Shown here: positions 45,982-60,790 of the stretch, piece after piece
Position numbering within the stretch: position 1 is the stretch's first letter
How the letters are laid out: every line of letters starts with the position of its first letter
Assembly: GCA_036172245.1 (NCBI GenBank)
Contig: JAYWIR010000024.1
Coordinates: forward strand, 2,914,001-2,978,000
Source: Raillietiella orientalis
Lineage: Eukaryota
Direction: 5' to 3'
Length of the DNA stretch: 64,000 bases
Position numbers and translations under genes: made by a program
The notes under the pieces: generated by a model
Seen by the model: only the letters and a program-made list of their open reading frames with translations
What the model was told of the DNA's origin: nothing
The model's database searches: none

Positions 45982-48900
45982 CGCGACGCCACGATGCAGC
46001 AGCGCAGGGAGGAGAGCCATCATCGCGCCAGCAGAATATTGGCAACTGCCGCTCGAAGAATACGCATGGGTTTTTGCGAGGAGGCAAATCGCTCGCTCAT
46101 GTGAATAAATCGTGCGTTTCATTGCCCGTATCCTAGCAACTCGCATCCTTCTCGCAAATCGCCCTGTTTTTCCTTTTAATTAAAACAGAATGATATAGAA
46201 TTGATTTTCGGTAAAGAAACCATAATGGCCAGCCTCCCAAACACGAGTCAATCTGGGAATGCGCCCGGTAATGAAATTTTGTAGCGCGTAACGCAAAATT
46301 CAGGAAAGGCAATCACAGCATCAGTCGCTCCGGGCAAAGTTATAGGTAGTGGGGATGAACCCGATAGAAGCCCTGCTCCCCCCGATATGAAATGTGTCTC
46401 CAAACTAGATGGCACTTGCATGATCTGATAATTCTGTCTTTTCATCCTCCGTTGAGTACATACGTGCGAGAGAGAGAGAGGCTTTTGAAAAACTGCACTC
46501 CGCAGCTCTCCTTTTTCGAATGGGGGCAAAAAAAAAAAAAAAAGAAAAAAGAAAAAACGAAGAAACGAAAAACAAAACATGCCGTAAGGGATACACGAAT
46601 TTCAAGCCACCTACCAGCAAAGATCCACGTGCATTTTTCCTTTTTTTCCCTGTGGAAGCTCCAGATGTGTTGAAGCAAACGCTCCAAACCCGAATTAAAT
46701 GTTTTCAAAACGAATCAGTTCAAATTGTTCCTTCCAAAGCCTTTTCTCAGCAAAAAAAAAATTCCTGATTTCTAGGTGTCAAAGCATTTCTAAGCAGCAA
46801 TTTTTGACCTCAATTTTGTTTTTTGTTTTTTTTTTTTTTTTTTTTTTTTGGGGGGGGGGGCGAAACACCGATTTTTGACTCTTTTTTTGCAGAGCCATTA
46901 TTGTGTCAGGATGATGATTTTTCATTATGATTATCGCTAATGACGCTTTAAACAGGAAAAAAAGAAAAGCGCGAAATTTATGAAACATTCTTTTCATTGG
47001 CAAGCGAATGCGTAAAGCATTCGAGGAGGAGAAGGGCAAGAAAAAAATCAAGTCGAGAAAAGATTTTCACGCTGAAAATGAGCTTTTCGATTTCATCTGA
47101 AACTGGCGCATCAGATGAGAATCGAAACCTGCGTTCGAATCACGAGTGTCTCTTTCGAAGTCTGTGCAAATACATTCTGTTCTCCAAAAGTTTGCCAGGA
47201 CGATGCATACCTTTGATTAGCACTAGTTAAAAAGGGCTCCTCCCCTCCCCTCCCCCCCTCGGGGGATAGGGAGGGGGAGGGGAGGGGGTTGTTCTGAACA
47301 CATTTTTGTCCTGTGAAGTCACACAGAGTTTCGCGTTCGAATATTCCTGTGGCAAGATCGGAGCCGGAGTTCATCTCCACATGCTTTGCCATGAGTGCGA
47401 AAGTAAGTTTGTGGAATTCATCGTCACACTCGTACGTATCACAGTACGATCTTTAACCGTGGTTGCGTGGTTCTTGGTTTCCATGCACGAGGGAAGGAGC
47501 CTTCCAGGGGTTGGCTGCCAACGTTCCGATGTGCCGTGATATCAGATGTCGCGTCCCGAATGAAGTGCTGCAAGAACGAAGAATCCGCTCGGCGCTGCAG
47601 ACGCAAAGTTCACCTCGGCTTCACAAATCACCGAGGGCAAGTGAACACCCGGGTGCACCTGAAAGAGCCACCACTGCCATGGGATTCTCCTTTTTTCTCG
47701 CGATGAAATGCACACATACGAAGATGCACGTGGGTGCATGAGGAGGCAGCACGCACGTGTTCAAGCGCCAGGCACACACAAAGACATCTCGGAAATCGTG
47801 CACTCCTTTGCGTGAAGATCGCATGTAATCGCCTCGGAAATCACGGTGTTGCTGCATATCGGGCACTTCTCAGATGGTCCACTCACTGAGCATCACTTGT
47901 TTTTCGAAAAGAATGCATGCTCGCACGTTGCAAACATCGAATGATGCCGTTCCCTCCCATGTTTTGAACACATGAACAGCCGAAAAAAAAAAATGTCGTT
48001 CAAGATGGAGAGGGGAAAAATCCGTTTTTCCCTCAAGAACTTCGAACATACATCTCAATAAATTAGAAATAAGGCAAGAGAGCTTAAAAGCAAGAATACC
48101 CTGAAGATACCATACGATAAATAAAATCATAATGCATGATATTTATCATGCTTTCTCCTATTTTTGCTCCAGAGTGACACAGCAAGCGTTTTGTAAGCAC
48201 ACATTACTCTTCGATATGAGTAATTTCATTCTTAGTGATTTTTTTCCGAAAATAAAAATGAATGCCCAACATGATTTATGAAGAGAATTTTTCTGATTTG
48301 TCCACACCGCGGAGTGATGCAATATCCACAGGAATAAAAAAAAATATATGTTTTCACGTGCGTGACTTCACCCAAAACCGGGAAGGCTGCACACCACCGA
48401 ATTTCCTCTCCAGTCCGACCTTACCGACTTTTCGGGAATACCTGATTCCTTTCCTCGCGCCTTGTTTTGCTTTCTCCTTCCCTTCAGATATCACCACATC
48501 CATTCATTACCATTTATTCAAATAAACATTTGCCAAGATGTTTTGCTTGATCGAATCCCAATGTTCAGAAAGTAAATTTACTTCTGTAGGACTTCATTTA
48601 TCTTTACGAGCTCCGAAGAAGATAGAACAAGGCACACAGGCACACACACACAAAAAAGAGAGAGAGAGAGAGGGAGAGGGAGGGAGAGAGAGAGAGCAAG
48701 AAAAGGGGGAAAAAGAATGGAAGGCTCAAATCTGAAATAGAAAATGCATATGCGTACACACACACTTTGCTTGAGTCTTCGCGGCACATAAGACGAACAC
48801 GTGTAACAGCCATCCGAGAAGAAATGCAACTCGCGACAAATTCAGACTCAAACAAAAGAGCTTTAGAAAATCACCAAGGAGACGAAGTAACAATGCGAAC

Positions 48901-50269
48901 ATTCCTAGGCCTATCGACAATTGGATTTCTCATTTCAGTTTCCTGTGTTCGTGCCTGTAAAGCTGTTCGTACGAAATTATGTTTTTTTTTTTTTTTTTTT
49001 GATGGGGGGGGGGGGAGACGGCGCTTTGCAAAACAAAGTGAGGGACAGCGTACGGAAAACCCTAATTCTGATGGATGCTCGGATCGCCTTAAAACACGAC
49101 AGATCGAAGATTATGAAGCGCACACTTTAGGAATCGGGATGTGTAAAAACAGCGCTTCCCGATTACCCAAATTTAATGGAGATTCCAACGAGCTTAGGCG
49201 CCGTCTCTTTGTGTGTTTTGCTTTGTGCGGAGAAAGTGAAACGTGAAAAACCAGGGGTGGAATAGAAATAGGTGATAGCAGGGAACTCGGCAGGAAGGAA
49301 ATGATCTGTATGGAATCATCACGTTTGCCACTTTCGGCATGCCCGTTCAATATGCGAAGCATTCGGCTGGGAAACGAAAGCGAAACGCCGCCTCGCGCGC
49401 CGGATCGGCTCCTTGGTAGGAATTCACTCCTAAACGTAAAATAAATAAATAAATCGCAGTGATTAGAGAGATGGATGGACGACAACGAGTGCCCGGGGCT
49501 CGTGAGAGGAAGGACCGGCTGACTAGTGCAGACGCGCTCACTCGACAGAAATCGCATGTGCCACGGTGTGTGTAATACAGCAACGTGCGCGATGATAACC
49601 CGATGCAAATGTGGGGGGATATCCATCACGCCGTTACAGGCTGGCTAGTTATCCAGTTTCCGCGGCCGCCCACTTAAGAGGAACATCTCATGGTTTCAAA
49701 CACGGTTCTTCGCAATAAAACGATTAGCGTGACCAAGCAGTGGGACGCCTGCTCACATCCATCGCTCGTTCTCGCTCGCGTGTGTGATAAAAACACAAAC
49801 TCGCGGGGGGGGTCGAAGGGGAAAGGGGAAACGGGAGGAGGGGAAAAGGGGAGGGGGAGGGGGGGGGGAGAAGGCGCACGAAACAATAGCATCTGAATGG
49901 AAAGGAAAGACGGAGATAGAGCAGGAGCAAACCCTGGAGAGACGACAAGAACTGTTGGATCGTCAGGATGAGAGCGGATGATGCCGGGAACGAGCCTGGC
50001 AGCCGTTGGGGCCTTCCCACTTCCCCAGAGGTGTCCTTACACATCTCACGGTGGAGCTGCGCGTGATCCGGAGTGCGAAAAAGGGGAGGCCGTTTTTCAA
50101 CTGGATACCTGTGTAAATTACCCCACACTGTGAAATGGCTTTTCCAGAGAATGGTGGGACCCACCCGTCCGTCTCCTCCGTTGAAAACGTATCCTCTTCA
50201 TCAGCATCCCTTCCCTCTTCACGCAACGCTTATTTCAGTGCAACCGTCTGTTTTTGCCTCACTGTAAAG

Positions 50270-51150
50270 CAGGCGCGGGAGCAAGCAGGAAAGGGAGTGG
50301 GCTACCATCTTCAGAAGCCCAATGACTGTCACCGTCGATGGTCTGAAGGAATTTTTGGCTTCCTGGCATCGATCGGGCAAGAAGAGGCGGTGATGGACGA
50401 GACGGTTGTCCTGGCCAACGGAAGGTCTGTGCCATTGCCGGAAACAAGAGGCCTACCGAATGGGCTGAGATCCTCTGGTGCTGAGTCATCATGCTGGCAA
50501 AGATCCGCTGAGGACACTGAAAGGCGCCAGGTCTTCCTTTTGGCATCTGAAGAATTACCGACAAGTACCCCGTGTACAGAGGAGTCCAACTTCCGGTTTC
50601 GCAGAGGAAAGTCCTTCTGTATATATTAGGCTTCTGGCCAAAGTTTGGCTAGCGTCTAGCTACCATTACGTGGCGACACGATTCATTCCTCGGTTCAGGA
50701 AGTGGCAGTCTCCGAAAGTTTTTTGGGCTCGGTGACCCACATGATCTTAGCCCCTGGACCCTCGTCTCCTGGTTCGAGTGAGCCCGTTTCCAGCCCTTGT
50801 CACTACTGCTGCTGACCTGCTGCTTCCAGCCTTCCCCTCAGTAAGCTGTTCTGATGGTGCAGTCCCTAGAGCTACCGAAAATGGAGTTCCTGAGAACTTC
50901 CAGTGGCAGATACTCCTGGTCCTGGAAGGACTCGTGGAGGATTCGGTGCCATACGGATCCGGTGAGCTCGTTTCTGAGCCCGAACAAGACTTACTCTGGA
51001 AGCTGACTTTGCCTCTTCCACACAACGATTCCCGAAAAAATACCTCTCACCTCAGCGAACGTTCGCTGGTTCGGTATCATGTTTCCATCCCGGGAAGGTT
51101 TGGAGTTTCTGTCTGCATCTCGGGAGAAGCGCAATGGTTATTACCCATGA
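50270..51150 (-). mobile_element. Decayed Vingi/ingi-like LINE, APE endonuclease part
   Basis: - strand remnants in order: LPGM, PYGT (cf. YGSA), LEVL..CTI.TAY, FGDCHF (cf. GDFNSH), LWPE..LIY (cf. WAE...LI.D), TWR....DL/IFAS, IPSDHRR. Confidence 0.5.
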
Positions 51151-51199
51151 GTCTTCGGCATGGGTTGGTCACGCTGATGGATGACGGAGATGGATACCA

Positions 51200-51202
<3 letters not shown>

Positions 51203-51235
<33 letters not shown>
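51203..51235. repeat. (CT)n microsatellite
   Basis: Dinucleotide run lying between two LINE relics. Confidence 0.9.
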
Positions 51236-51239
<4 letters not shown>

Positions 51240-52870
51240 CGTACAGGCATCCCCCAAAGGGAGCAATTGTTTACATTATCTCTTGTTTCTCTTCCTTTTT
51301 ATCTCTCCTCTTTGCCTTCGTCTAGCATGCCTCTTGTGTCCGAGACTTTGACTTAGGGTCCGCGTTAGGAGGTTCCATCCCTCGAGCCAGTTCCTGTGGG
51401 TACCAACAGTGAGCTGGGAGGAGCTCACTGTTGGGACCAATTGAGTCTCCGAGAGCGATTTCGTCCCTCCTCAGAGAAGAAGAGTTCGACTTTCCAGAAT
51501 AAGTCAAAGGGGAACATCCTTCGAGAGGCTAATGTAGGAGAGAAAACTTTTCTGCGTTGTTGCTAGGGTTGCAGGACGGCGTGCTGAGGAACTTTCTGGC
51601 ATGCGATGAGGAGGAAGAGCAGAGGTAGACAGACGATGAAAGGATAACCAGCCACCTGTGCAAACATGGGGACGAAATAAACCAGAGAACGCAGTCGGGA
51701 AGTGGGTTTCGAAGGCTCTTCCCAGAAGAACAGATCTCTCGAGCAAGTACTTTCGTGGTCCCGGTGGCCAGCAGACAGGCTTTTCTTCACATTGCGAACC
51801 TTTTTGAACACCTTCCAGCCTGATGCAGCACAGGGACGTCGGGGCAGGATGCCTGGAGCAACTACTGCACTCGAGGAAGAACACAATGCATATTTAGAAA
51901 CATGGACAGTTCTAATGCAGACGAAATCCAGAGCAATATCTTGTCATTCATTACGTTGCATCGACATAGGAACATCTCACATTCCTATGGAGTCTTCATC
52001 TCGGTTTCCCAAGTGGATGACTTCCATTCTCACGGTGGAAGGCGGGGACGAGGAACTGGCACAGTGGTGGCCGATGGGCAATGAATGCTCCATGCATCCT
52101 TACTCATCGTTCCCCCTTGTGTTGCCTCATGATTTTCCTCGTCCTCCTTTTGCTTCCAGTACACTTGGACTTTTTCTTTCTTGTTCTCTCCCCATTCCCC
52201 TCTTCCCAATTCTTCTGCTCCTGAATCTTCATCCCCTTCTGCCAGCGAAGGATCCATCAAAAAAATCAAGAGCGGACTTCGCCGTCTATGCAGTCACCCC
52301 GACTATGTGCGAACAAACTCGGAGAATTGCCATTTATTGAGGAAAATTGCACGATGAGGGAAGTCCCCACTTGGCGCTACGATCTCCGCCATGAGAACCT
52401 TTTCGATCCCCGGGTTACCAAGTTCTTTTCCGAAGCCTGCAGCCACGGAAATCAATAGCACGCATTGTCCCAGCCTTTTCGGGGCGAGGGAGATGCTCAC
52501 GTGCATCTGGAGAAACTTCCACCGGATGACCAGGTAGGAAGAATCGAGAAAATGAAAAGGGAGAACAGATGACGTGTGTGCCCGAGAGAAATCATCTGCA
52601 GGAATCCAGAGTGACGGAGTTAATGAGAACGATAATTTCCTCAGCATTAACGCGCTTACCAGTCGGAGCAATTCACGTGGATGCACTCTTTCGCGTTCCG
52701 GGAACAACGGTCGGTCCTCCTTTGGGCTTCCAGGCGAAGAGCTCTTCTCTCAGCGGGTCGTAAGGCGCGTCGGAACCGTTCCAAACATGGGATTGGGAGT
52801 TTTGTGGCCGTCGTCATTTTTCCTTTTTTGGCAATTTGCTTTTCCTTTTTTTTCCTGCCTCTAGTGTGGA
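51235..52870 (-). mobile_element. Decayed Vingi/ingi-like LINE, RT and C-terminal part
   Basis: KGKA..DD..MFG; ORF 52303-52707 VSALMLRK ... AGFGKELGNPG ... DFPHRAIFLNK (cf. GFEK.L.TG..D.V.HR.LL.K); EQKN-G; IHLGNRD; ALCSSS; KPT..VAG; QKSFL; ELLP; W..WNLL; CSL..DACT. Ends at a (GA)n tract. Confidence 0.62.
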
Positions 52871-55800
52871 TTCTGCCGGGAGAGCGTGCGCGTTTGCATT
52901 TTTGGAAATAGATCGTTGTAATAAAGTGTGTGCAGTTTACCCATCTTTCTGCCCCTCAATCTGTGCGAGCAGCCTCCGTCCCGTGACCACTGGCTAGCTG
53001 GCTCGACTCGAATTCGTGCCCAACGTCCAGGTGGATGTGCCACGGTTGCAACGAGCGGTGGCAAACTCTCGCCGAATCGATCCGAGACTAATCTGATTCC
53101 TCAAATAAACCCGATATTATTTGCGAAATTTACCAAGTTGCTGTACAGCCGCCGATGCTTTTAATGGGTGTTGCACTGATCCAATCTGGGGGGGGGGGGG
53201 GAAATAATGAAATTTTCATGGATCTTGGAAGGATGTCTGGATAGCACTGATACCTTAATGCCATTGATTTGTAAGGGCACAAAGCCTGCACAAGTAAACA
53301 GCTGCCTCCGATTTTATCCGTTGTGCAAAACAAAGATGATCAAGATGAAAGGCCAAAATGCACTCGGAGATGTACTCCAGGCTTTATTGAACACCAGGAA
53401 GCACACCGCTCCTCGAGAACCGAACGGGCAAAAACTATTTCACTCCAAAAAAGGAAAGGAAAGAAAAACGGCGCAAAATGGAAACCCATTCTCTTTTGCA
53501 GATTTCACGACGGCAGAGAATTTTCTTTTTTTTCTTTCTCGATTCCACTTTGAGAACGATGCTGAGTTTTGTGTAAATCATAATTTCAATCTGCCCGTCA
53601 GCTGTAGCACATTTATTCGCTGTTTTCCTGTGCGGAAAATGTACGTGGATGAGAGACTAGAGAAAACACGACGAGGCTACTTCTCGTATGCAGTGCTGCC
53701 AGTTAGTCGGTGTGTTACGTGAGTGAGGAATGCAATTCTTTTGTTCTCGAGATTTTGCGAACGCGGTTGAAAGCGTTAGCAAGCAAAAAGTCGAAAATGA
53801 AACACGCATGAAAGAAACAGATATCCCACGAGCGAATAAGTAGGAAAAAAAAAAAAAAAAGGAAAAGAGGAGGAAAAAAAAAAACAAAAAAAAACGGAAA
53901 AGACAAAGGAAGAAGAAGAAGAATCGGAGGAATAACGTTTCGCCGAGTTCCTTCTACCGTGCACACACACCACGCGTTTCAAGTTTTTGCAGAAGCCGAG
54001 TGTGTTGTTTGTCCGTTGTGGAGCACGGCGGAGTGTCGTGGTTCTCGCAGTGTTTTCCACATATCTCACGGCCTCGCTCTCTCCTCCTGAACAGATCTCC
54101 AAAGTTAGCAGTATATGTTATTATGGAATAACAGTGATAAGATGCTCATTCGGAAAGACAGGGACTCTCCAAGCCTGCAAGAAACAGAAATTCTATTTCA
54201 GTCGCTGAGGACTCATTTCGTTGCCATTTCCAATCAAAGGTAAATTGAGGGGTGGTTGCCATGTGTGTGTGTGTGTGTGTGTTTTCGACTCGGTGTGTGT
54301 GGAGGCAAGCATCCCGTTCCCACTGGTAGTTGCTGTGAAAATGATTTTCGTGTTTTTTTTTTATTCCTTTTTAAAAGTATATCATGAACACTTTTCTTTC
54401 CCTGCGTGCTTCCCCGTTTCAAAGTGCAGCTCGTTATATCATGTAATGCCACAGCTGTATTCCACGAGGCATGCGTGTGCTAAAGTTGCATGATTTGTTG
54501 GCGAATCGTCACAGCTATATTTTCTGGGGCGGTTTGCCCCCCCCCCCCATCCCGGTGCTGCTGCTCCTCGTTTTCCGAAACGAGGAAGAAGCGTTCGGTG
54601 GTTCCCCAGTAGGCCGTGATTCCTTTATCAGGGAAAAGTTTGCCAACACCCGGGATGCTGCTGAATTGCAGCAAATCGAAAGTTTCATTAACCTGAAGAA
54701 GTGATCGCATCTGGGATCTCTCACGGCACCCTCAGTCGTTTTATTTATTTATGTATTTCTGGCTTGCGTTGTTGCCGGTAATCCAAACTACCTTCCCCCC
54801 CCCCCCCCAAAAAAAAAAAAAGAAAATGCAATATCGCATTATCATCCACAAGCACTCCAGGAATTGGAGAGCGAGAGAGAGAGAGAGAGAGGGAGGGAGG
54901 GAGGGGGGGAAAGAAAATTCTTATCTTCTCCTCCCTATCGGAAACGCAACATTTATGCTAAATCCAGAAGACACGTTGCGTGGCTGCGAAATTTTTGTTT
55001 ATCCGCCGCCGTTTGCCTCGGCTGCTGCCCCGCCGGTGTTCGCAGCCTCGAACACTCGGTGTTCGGCTGCCGACTCCAAAGGGTTTTTTCCTTTTGCGAA
55101 AAGAGAGCAGGGTGAGAGCGAGGAGGAAATGGAAGAAAGGGGGGGGGAGGGGGAAGGAAAGCAGAGGTCTATTGCTTAAGCGCGCCTGGCCACTGGTCCA
55201 TTCGGATGTTGAAGGATGCCCGAGTATGAAGTCATCCCGGGAAAACAGTTGGGTGAACGAACATACGAAGTGGAAATAGCAGGACAACGGGGAATATGCG
55301 TAGCGAGAAACATGCCGCCGGATATTTCGTTCTCGTTGGGTACGCGGGGATGGACACGGGGCCTATTTTTTCTTTTTTTTCTTTTGTTATCATTCGCACG
55401 AAAGCGTTGCCGTCCCTTGCGGTGCTCGCAAAGTGGCTTTCTTAAGCGCGCTATTGGGTGCCTATTCCCCCTCCCTCCCCCCCCCCCATTTTCTAGTAGT
55501 GTGCTCATTTGGTGCACAGTAAGTAGTGCGTCACTCCGAGGAGGTGCAGCCCTTGATTTATTCGATCCCTGGGTTTTCGGCGTGTGGATGTTGAAAGTTT
55601 TTCTGAGTAGTAAATAACGGGAGCAGCTGATTTTGTTATATAATGCATGCAGCGACTTTCCGCACGAGAAAGTTTTTCCTCCTCCAAGGCGGATGGTGGT
55701 CATTCGAATATTTCTTTATGAGAAACGTGAGAAATAAAAGAGTGCAGGCAGCAGTTTGATCAGCCTCCAGCGTCCAGCAAGCGAAGACTTTCCTTTTGGC

Positions 55801-55941
55801 TTCTCCAGAGCCAAAAATCTCTCTTCGGTCTTCCTGTCATTTCCAGGGTGGAACGGATAAAAGCCCATCTCTTGCCACGGCGGGAGCGTTTCAAAACAAC
55901 AACAACAGCCTTGCCAAAACTGTTTGCTTTGCATCTCCTGG

Positions 55942-55968
55942 AGCTGCTGCTGCTGCTGCTGCTGCTGC
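55942..55968. repeat. (GCT)n microsatellite
   Basis: Trinucleotide run of ~8-9 units; a (GGT)n run also occurs at ~58397-58422. Confidence 0.9.
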
Positions 55969-58900
55969 GTATCAGCATTTTTCCGGAATTATCTCCCCGT
56001 GATTTATTGAAGTTGTTTTGAAACACAGTGTTGATAATAACTCTTGCTTAGAGGAATAATTCTCCTCATGAATAAACAAGGAAGATTGCTGGTGATGATT
56101 ACAGGAACTTTCTGGAATGACTTATTATGCACGCTCCCAGGATCTCTCTAAAAAGGCTTTCACGAAGAGTAAATTGAAACAACAGATGAGAACTCGCAAG
56201 TCGACGCGTTTCAGTTTTCATTAAATTCTGTACATCTCAATGCTTTGGGAAGAAAAGAAGAGGGAGGAAAAAGAAATGATCCTCCACAGGAACTTTGTGT
56301 GTTTGCGCCGTGGTACCAAAGTGGTGTGACGATAAAAGATTCCTGCCAGGGAATATTTCAAAGTAGTATTGCGGATAATTGGAACCGTAATTGGGCTTCG
56401 AAATTTATGATGCTTTGTTTCCAGAATTCCTAAATTAGTGATTAAGTGGCTTTTACAGAATGCTTTTTCATACGTTCGAGATGCTTGCCATGAAGTGAAC
56501 AAATGGAGAGTGGCGCAGAGCAAACAACAGGAATGTTTGCCGAAAGAGATTTCCTTCCTCCTCCTTTTGGGGGGGGGGAGGGGTTTCTCGCGTTGATATG
56601 GAATGATTATCTTTTGGCGTCTAGCGAACAGAAAAAGTAATTACACTGTCGTACTGGCGTTTGCAGTGTGAGATTCGTGTACAAAACCACACGCCAGCGT
56701 GTTCGTGTTCTGCGGGCAGTGTTTCGGGGCCGGCTTTCCCATGCGTTGATGATGACACCATCAAGTAAAATCCCATCAGAGTTGTGCTTACTCTAACAGA
56801 GAGGTTACTCGAACTACTACTACTCTCTTGTACTCTTAATAGCTTGATCAATAAAGGAAGTTTAGTCGATTCATCCCAATTAATCACAAGAGGAAGAAAA
56901 AGAAGAAGAAAAAAGAAGAAAAGAAAAAAAAAAAGAAAAGAAAAGAAAGGAGGTTTTTTTTTGCAATTTGCAAACGCTGAAAAAAAAAAAATTGCGCGAA
57001 CGCAGCAGCAGCCTTCCCCTGTTTGGAAGCCACCGGTTTCTATGGAGACAGGAGTGCTCCATTTCGAGAGTGGCTGTTGTTTGGAGACACGGCCGTCATC
57101 ACCGTTATTGGAAAGAGAGAGAGAGAGAGAGAGAGGAAGCCTTCGCTTGCCGTGGAAGTGGCATTTATGTGAAGATGTCGAGCGTGTTTATATACGTGTG
57201 TTCATCGTTTATTTATGTTCAGCGCGAGTTGTTCTGTCGCGTGCTGCGTTTCTCTCATTCGCTTTTATTCGTCGTTCATGAGCTGCACTCGTGGAGGAGC
57301 AAAGCGCCGAGTTTGAGCTTTCCTATCACCCGTCCACTAAGCCGTCTTCTAATGTTCCCGTCTTCTGTGGAGTTTTATGCATTGGATGGTGGATTCTGCC
57401 AAAGTACCAGCAGCCACTGCAGTTGCTCCTTCCAGTCGCCCTCGCGGATCGCACGTGAATAACAGCAGCAGCAGCAGCCAGAAACAAAAACAAACAAGCA
57501 AACAAACTTTGCTTTGCCTTTTTTTTTTTTGTGCGTGTGTGTGTGTTTTTTGTTTTTTGTTTTTCCTTCTTCGAATCAGTTATTTCGATTTCATCTTTCA
57601 AATGAAGGTGCATTAATGTATCGCGTGAGGGTCTTCTAATGCGTTTGGATAAGCCTATCGCAGGAGACGTGCGCTCCAAGGTGGATACAGAGAAATTTGT
57701 TTGCAAAACCGAACGCAGAAGATGGCTCGAGTCTTCCGCCTTGTGTTTCGTCTCGGGCGGTTCGGAAATTTTTTTCCCCCTCTTCCTGCTGCTCATCTTC
57801 GTTCAGTGGCACTAGCATTACCCCCAGGACGAATTGGAAATGAAATGATGTCATAATTTATGAGTCCATTTCTCGCTAAGAAGCGAAGCATTCATTCTCA
57901 GCCCATCACATTTAAGGATTAGTTCCTATGTCTTTTTAAGTTTCGCTTTGATTGCGAAGGATGCAGCCGAGACCGATGCCCGCTCGCCTGTGCGAACGCT
58001 TCATTAGAATAGGAGGAGAAGAAGAAAAAAAGCGGTTTCCACGAACGAATCGATTGTGAGGAACTCCATGCTGGAGGTCTTTCCAGCATGCCGGCAGTGG
58101 CCGAGATGATGCATCCGAGGCTGCGTGTTCCGCCGCCGCCGCCTCCGCATTCTTCCTTCCTCCCTCCCTCCCTCTGCCGAGGTTACGCGCGTACGCGTTG
58201 CATTGTACTGTACGCGTACTTGATCTTGCACCCACGCTTGCCGAAAGATGGGTACACTTTATGGGCCTCTGCCCTTCCTCGGAGGGGAAAACCCAAACGG
58301 GTTTACTAGGTATTGCGGCCCGCCTTTGTGCCGGAGATGGAAGTTTGCAGGTCGCTCCCTATCCGTTGGGTGGGGAAACGTGGATGTCCCCCGGGAGGTG
58401 GTGGTGGTGGTGGTGGTGGTGGTTTTTCCTTTTTTTTTTTTTTTCCGGGTCTCTCTTTCATTTTCGGGTCTCTTTTCCTTCCAGTGCGTTTTGACGCCGC
58501 ACAGATAAGCATCTCACGAGCCGATTATTATTAAAGCGATTGACGTTGACACTGATTCAGATTAATGACTTTTTATCACCTGATTCAATTAATGCCTCGG
58601 ATGGAAGGAGACTTTTGCTTTCGCTTGCGGATGTGCGGCAGATTTCGAGGTACGCGTGACGTCGCGATTCTTATTCGTGAACGTAATTGTGCGTGAGATG
58701 AATGCTCATCCTCACGCGTTCAACAATCAGCTGCTCCAGGAGCTCCGGAGGAGTCCTCGAGGAGGATCTGCGCTTCACGGGATGGACCGTCGGTTGAAGC
58801 CAATCGCGGGACGACTGCCCGTGTGCCGTGTTGCCCGGCTTTAAAAGCTTCTTGCGGAGCGTCGTCTCCCCGATCGCCCATCGATCTCTGTTATTTTTTC

Positions 58901-60720
58901 GAATGCTCGTAGCATCCGGAATGCAGCGCAGATTAGTGGGTGCAGAATGCAGCCAGCATCGCTGTTTCCACGTGAGGAGAAATGGCGTGGATAGAAAGGT
59001 GTATAAGCATCCGGCGTATGGGTGGAAGTCCGCTCGGGAACGATCCGCAGCAGAACGTGCACGGCAGACGCAGACTCGCCAAGGGAAAATGATCTGCCTT
59101 TTTCCTTTTTTCCCGAGTTTCTCGGAAAAACGATCGTGGGTGCGCCCAAGAAGAAAAGTGTGCTTTGCTTTCCGGTTTTTTATTCCCCCCCCCCCCTTTT
59201 TTTTTCCCCTTCTTCTTCTGGGGCGCGCATGCTTTGCAAAGAAAAAAGGAAATCCCGTAAGATGGCCATTCCATTCAATACGTTCTTAATTCAAGCCTTT
59301 TGTTCGGTGTCATGTATAACATCACGAGTGATTTGCCGGAGGGGAGGACAAAAACCCTGGTTGAGTACCCAGCCGGGGAAGATGACTGACTGCCTACCAC
59401 GTCCGTTGTCTTCTTCTCTCTGTGTGTGTGTGTGTGATTGGGTACGTTATCTACTGTTAAGATTTTTAGATACGTTATTTGCATATCTTGATGAGCGTGA
59501 GCATGCACGTCGTTTTGATAAGCAGCCAGCAGGCTTGAAATTTGCCATGCAGAGTCGTCGCGAGTGGTTTTTTTTTTCTTTTTTCTTTTACCAAACATGA
59601 TCCGCATAACCAGGTAAATAGTTTGGAAAAGAAATTGTTTCTGGAGCCAGCAAATGAGGGGGGGAGGGGAGGAAGAGGAGGAGGAGGAGGAGAGAAACAC
59701 AACGAGAAACCGCATTCTTCCAAGATCCCTTGCCAAATGCATTTGAAAGTAATTTGTGCTTCTCAACGCTGCAAGTGTTGCTGCTGCGTTGCCATGGAGA
59801 AGCTGTTTGGAGAACAGCGTCCTCTGCTTGATTCTTCTTTTTCTTTTTCCTTTTTTTCCCGCCATTGCCGTGTGCATCGTAATCTTACATAAATCCGTCC
59901 GTTAATTCGTGGGATGTGTACAGCCTCGGAAATTTCTACGGTTCCAATTTGCATGTCTGCCCTCTTGATGTGCAGTTATGGGTTGTATTACTTTCTTAAT
60001 TCAATTTCTGTTCCTCGTCTTTGGATTGCGTTTGGGTATTTTTAGCAGTGCTATTAGTCAATGCGAGCGCGTGTGATCGAATTTGGCAGAGTGCAGGACG
60101 TGGCAGTATTTTCCCGATGGTGTTGAAAAGTGTTCATTAGTGCATGCTCCGCACCGGAATGTGGTTTGAAAGTGTTTCGGCAGTGCTACCACGCCTCCCG
60201 CCGTAACGATTACGTCCATCGATCGCGAATTCACAAAACTGCGTGGAGAACCACACGATCCTCGGGATTTACGTACGTGTGCACGGGAGGAAGTGGTGTG
60301 TGTGTGTGTGTGTGTGTGCGCCTTGTGTACAGAGCAGGGGGGGGGGGGGAGCCATTCGGAACGGAACGGCAGACAGGGCGCTCGCTCGCATCCATGTCGC
60401 AAGGGCAACCGTTTCGCGTGTTCCCTATTGAGCCACTCGGGGCGTTCTGTGCCTTGACCGTTCAGCGAGCGTGTCGGAAAAAGTCTGCAAGTCTCAATTA
60501 TGTAGCAGATTGCTGGTAAATACTCCGGGTGGATGAATGCTAATAATCTCTTTTGTTCCGATGCTCAGTCGGCTATCGTTTTGCATAACAGGTTACGATG
60601 TAAAGTGAAACCCGAGTGCGGTCCGACCACATCTTGTCCCCCCGGATAATTGAAAAAGCCCTCCGTGGCGGCGGGTTCCAGGATTCTTTCGCTTTTGTTC
60701 CAGACGTGCGCGGAGTCGGA

Positions 60721-60790
60721 ATATCGATGGGGCACGTGCCGTGTACCGTCGGCCGCCAATCAGAGCGCCTCCTCGGCACGGCCGACCAAT
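60721..60790. promoter_or_regulatory. Promoter-like motif cluster
   Basis: DRE-like atatcgatg, palindromic E-box ggcacgtgcc, and two CCAAT boxes (60756, 60786) exactly 30 bp apart. Confidence 0.3.

Noticed and set aside
55216..55320. Peptide MPEYEVIPGKQLGERTYEVEIAGQ resembling a Gypsy integrase C-terminus
   Set aside because: Too short, with no flanking integrase or LTR signal.
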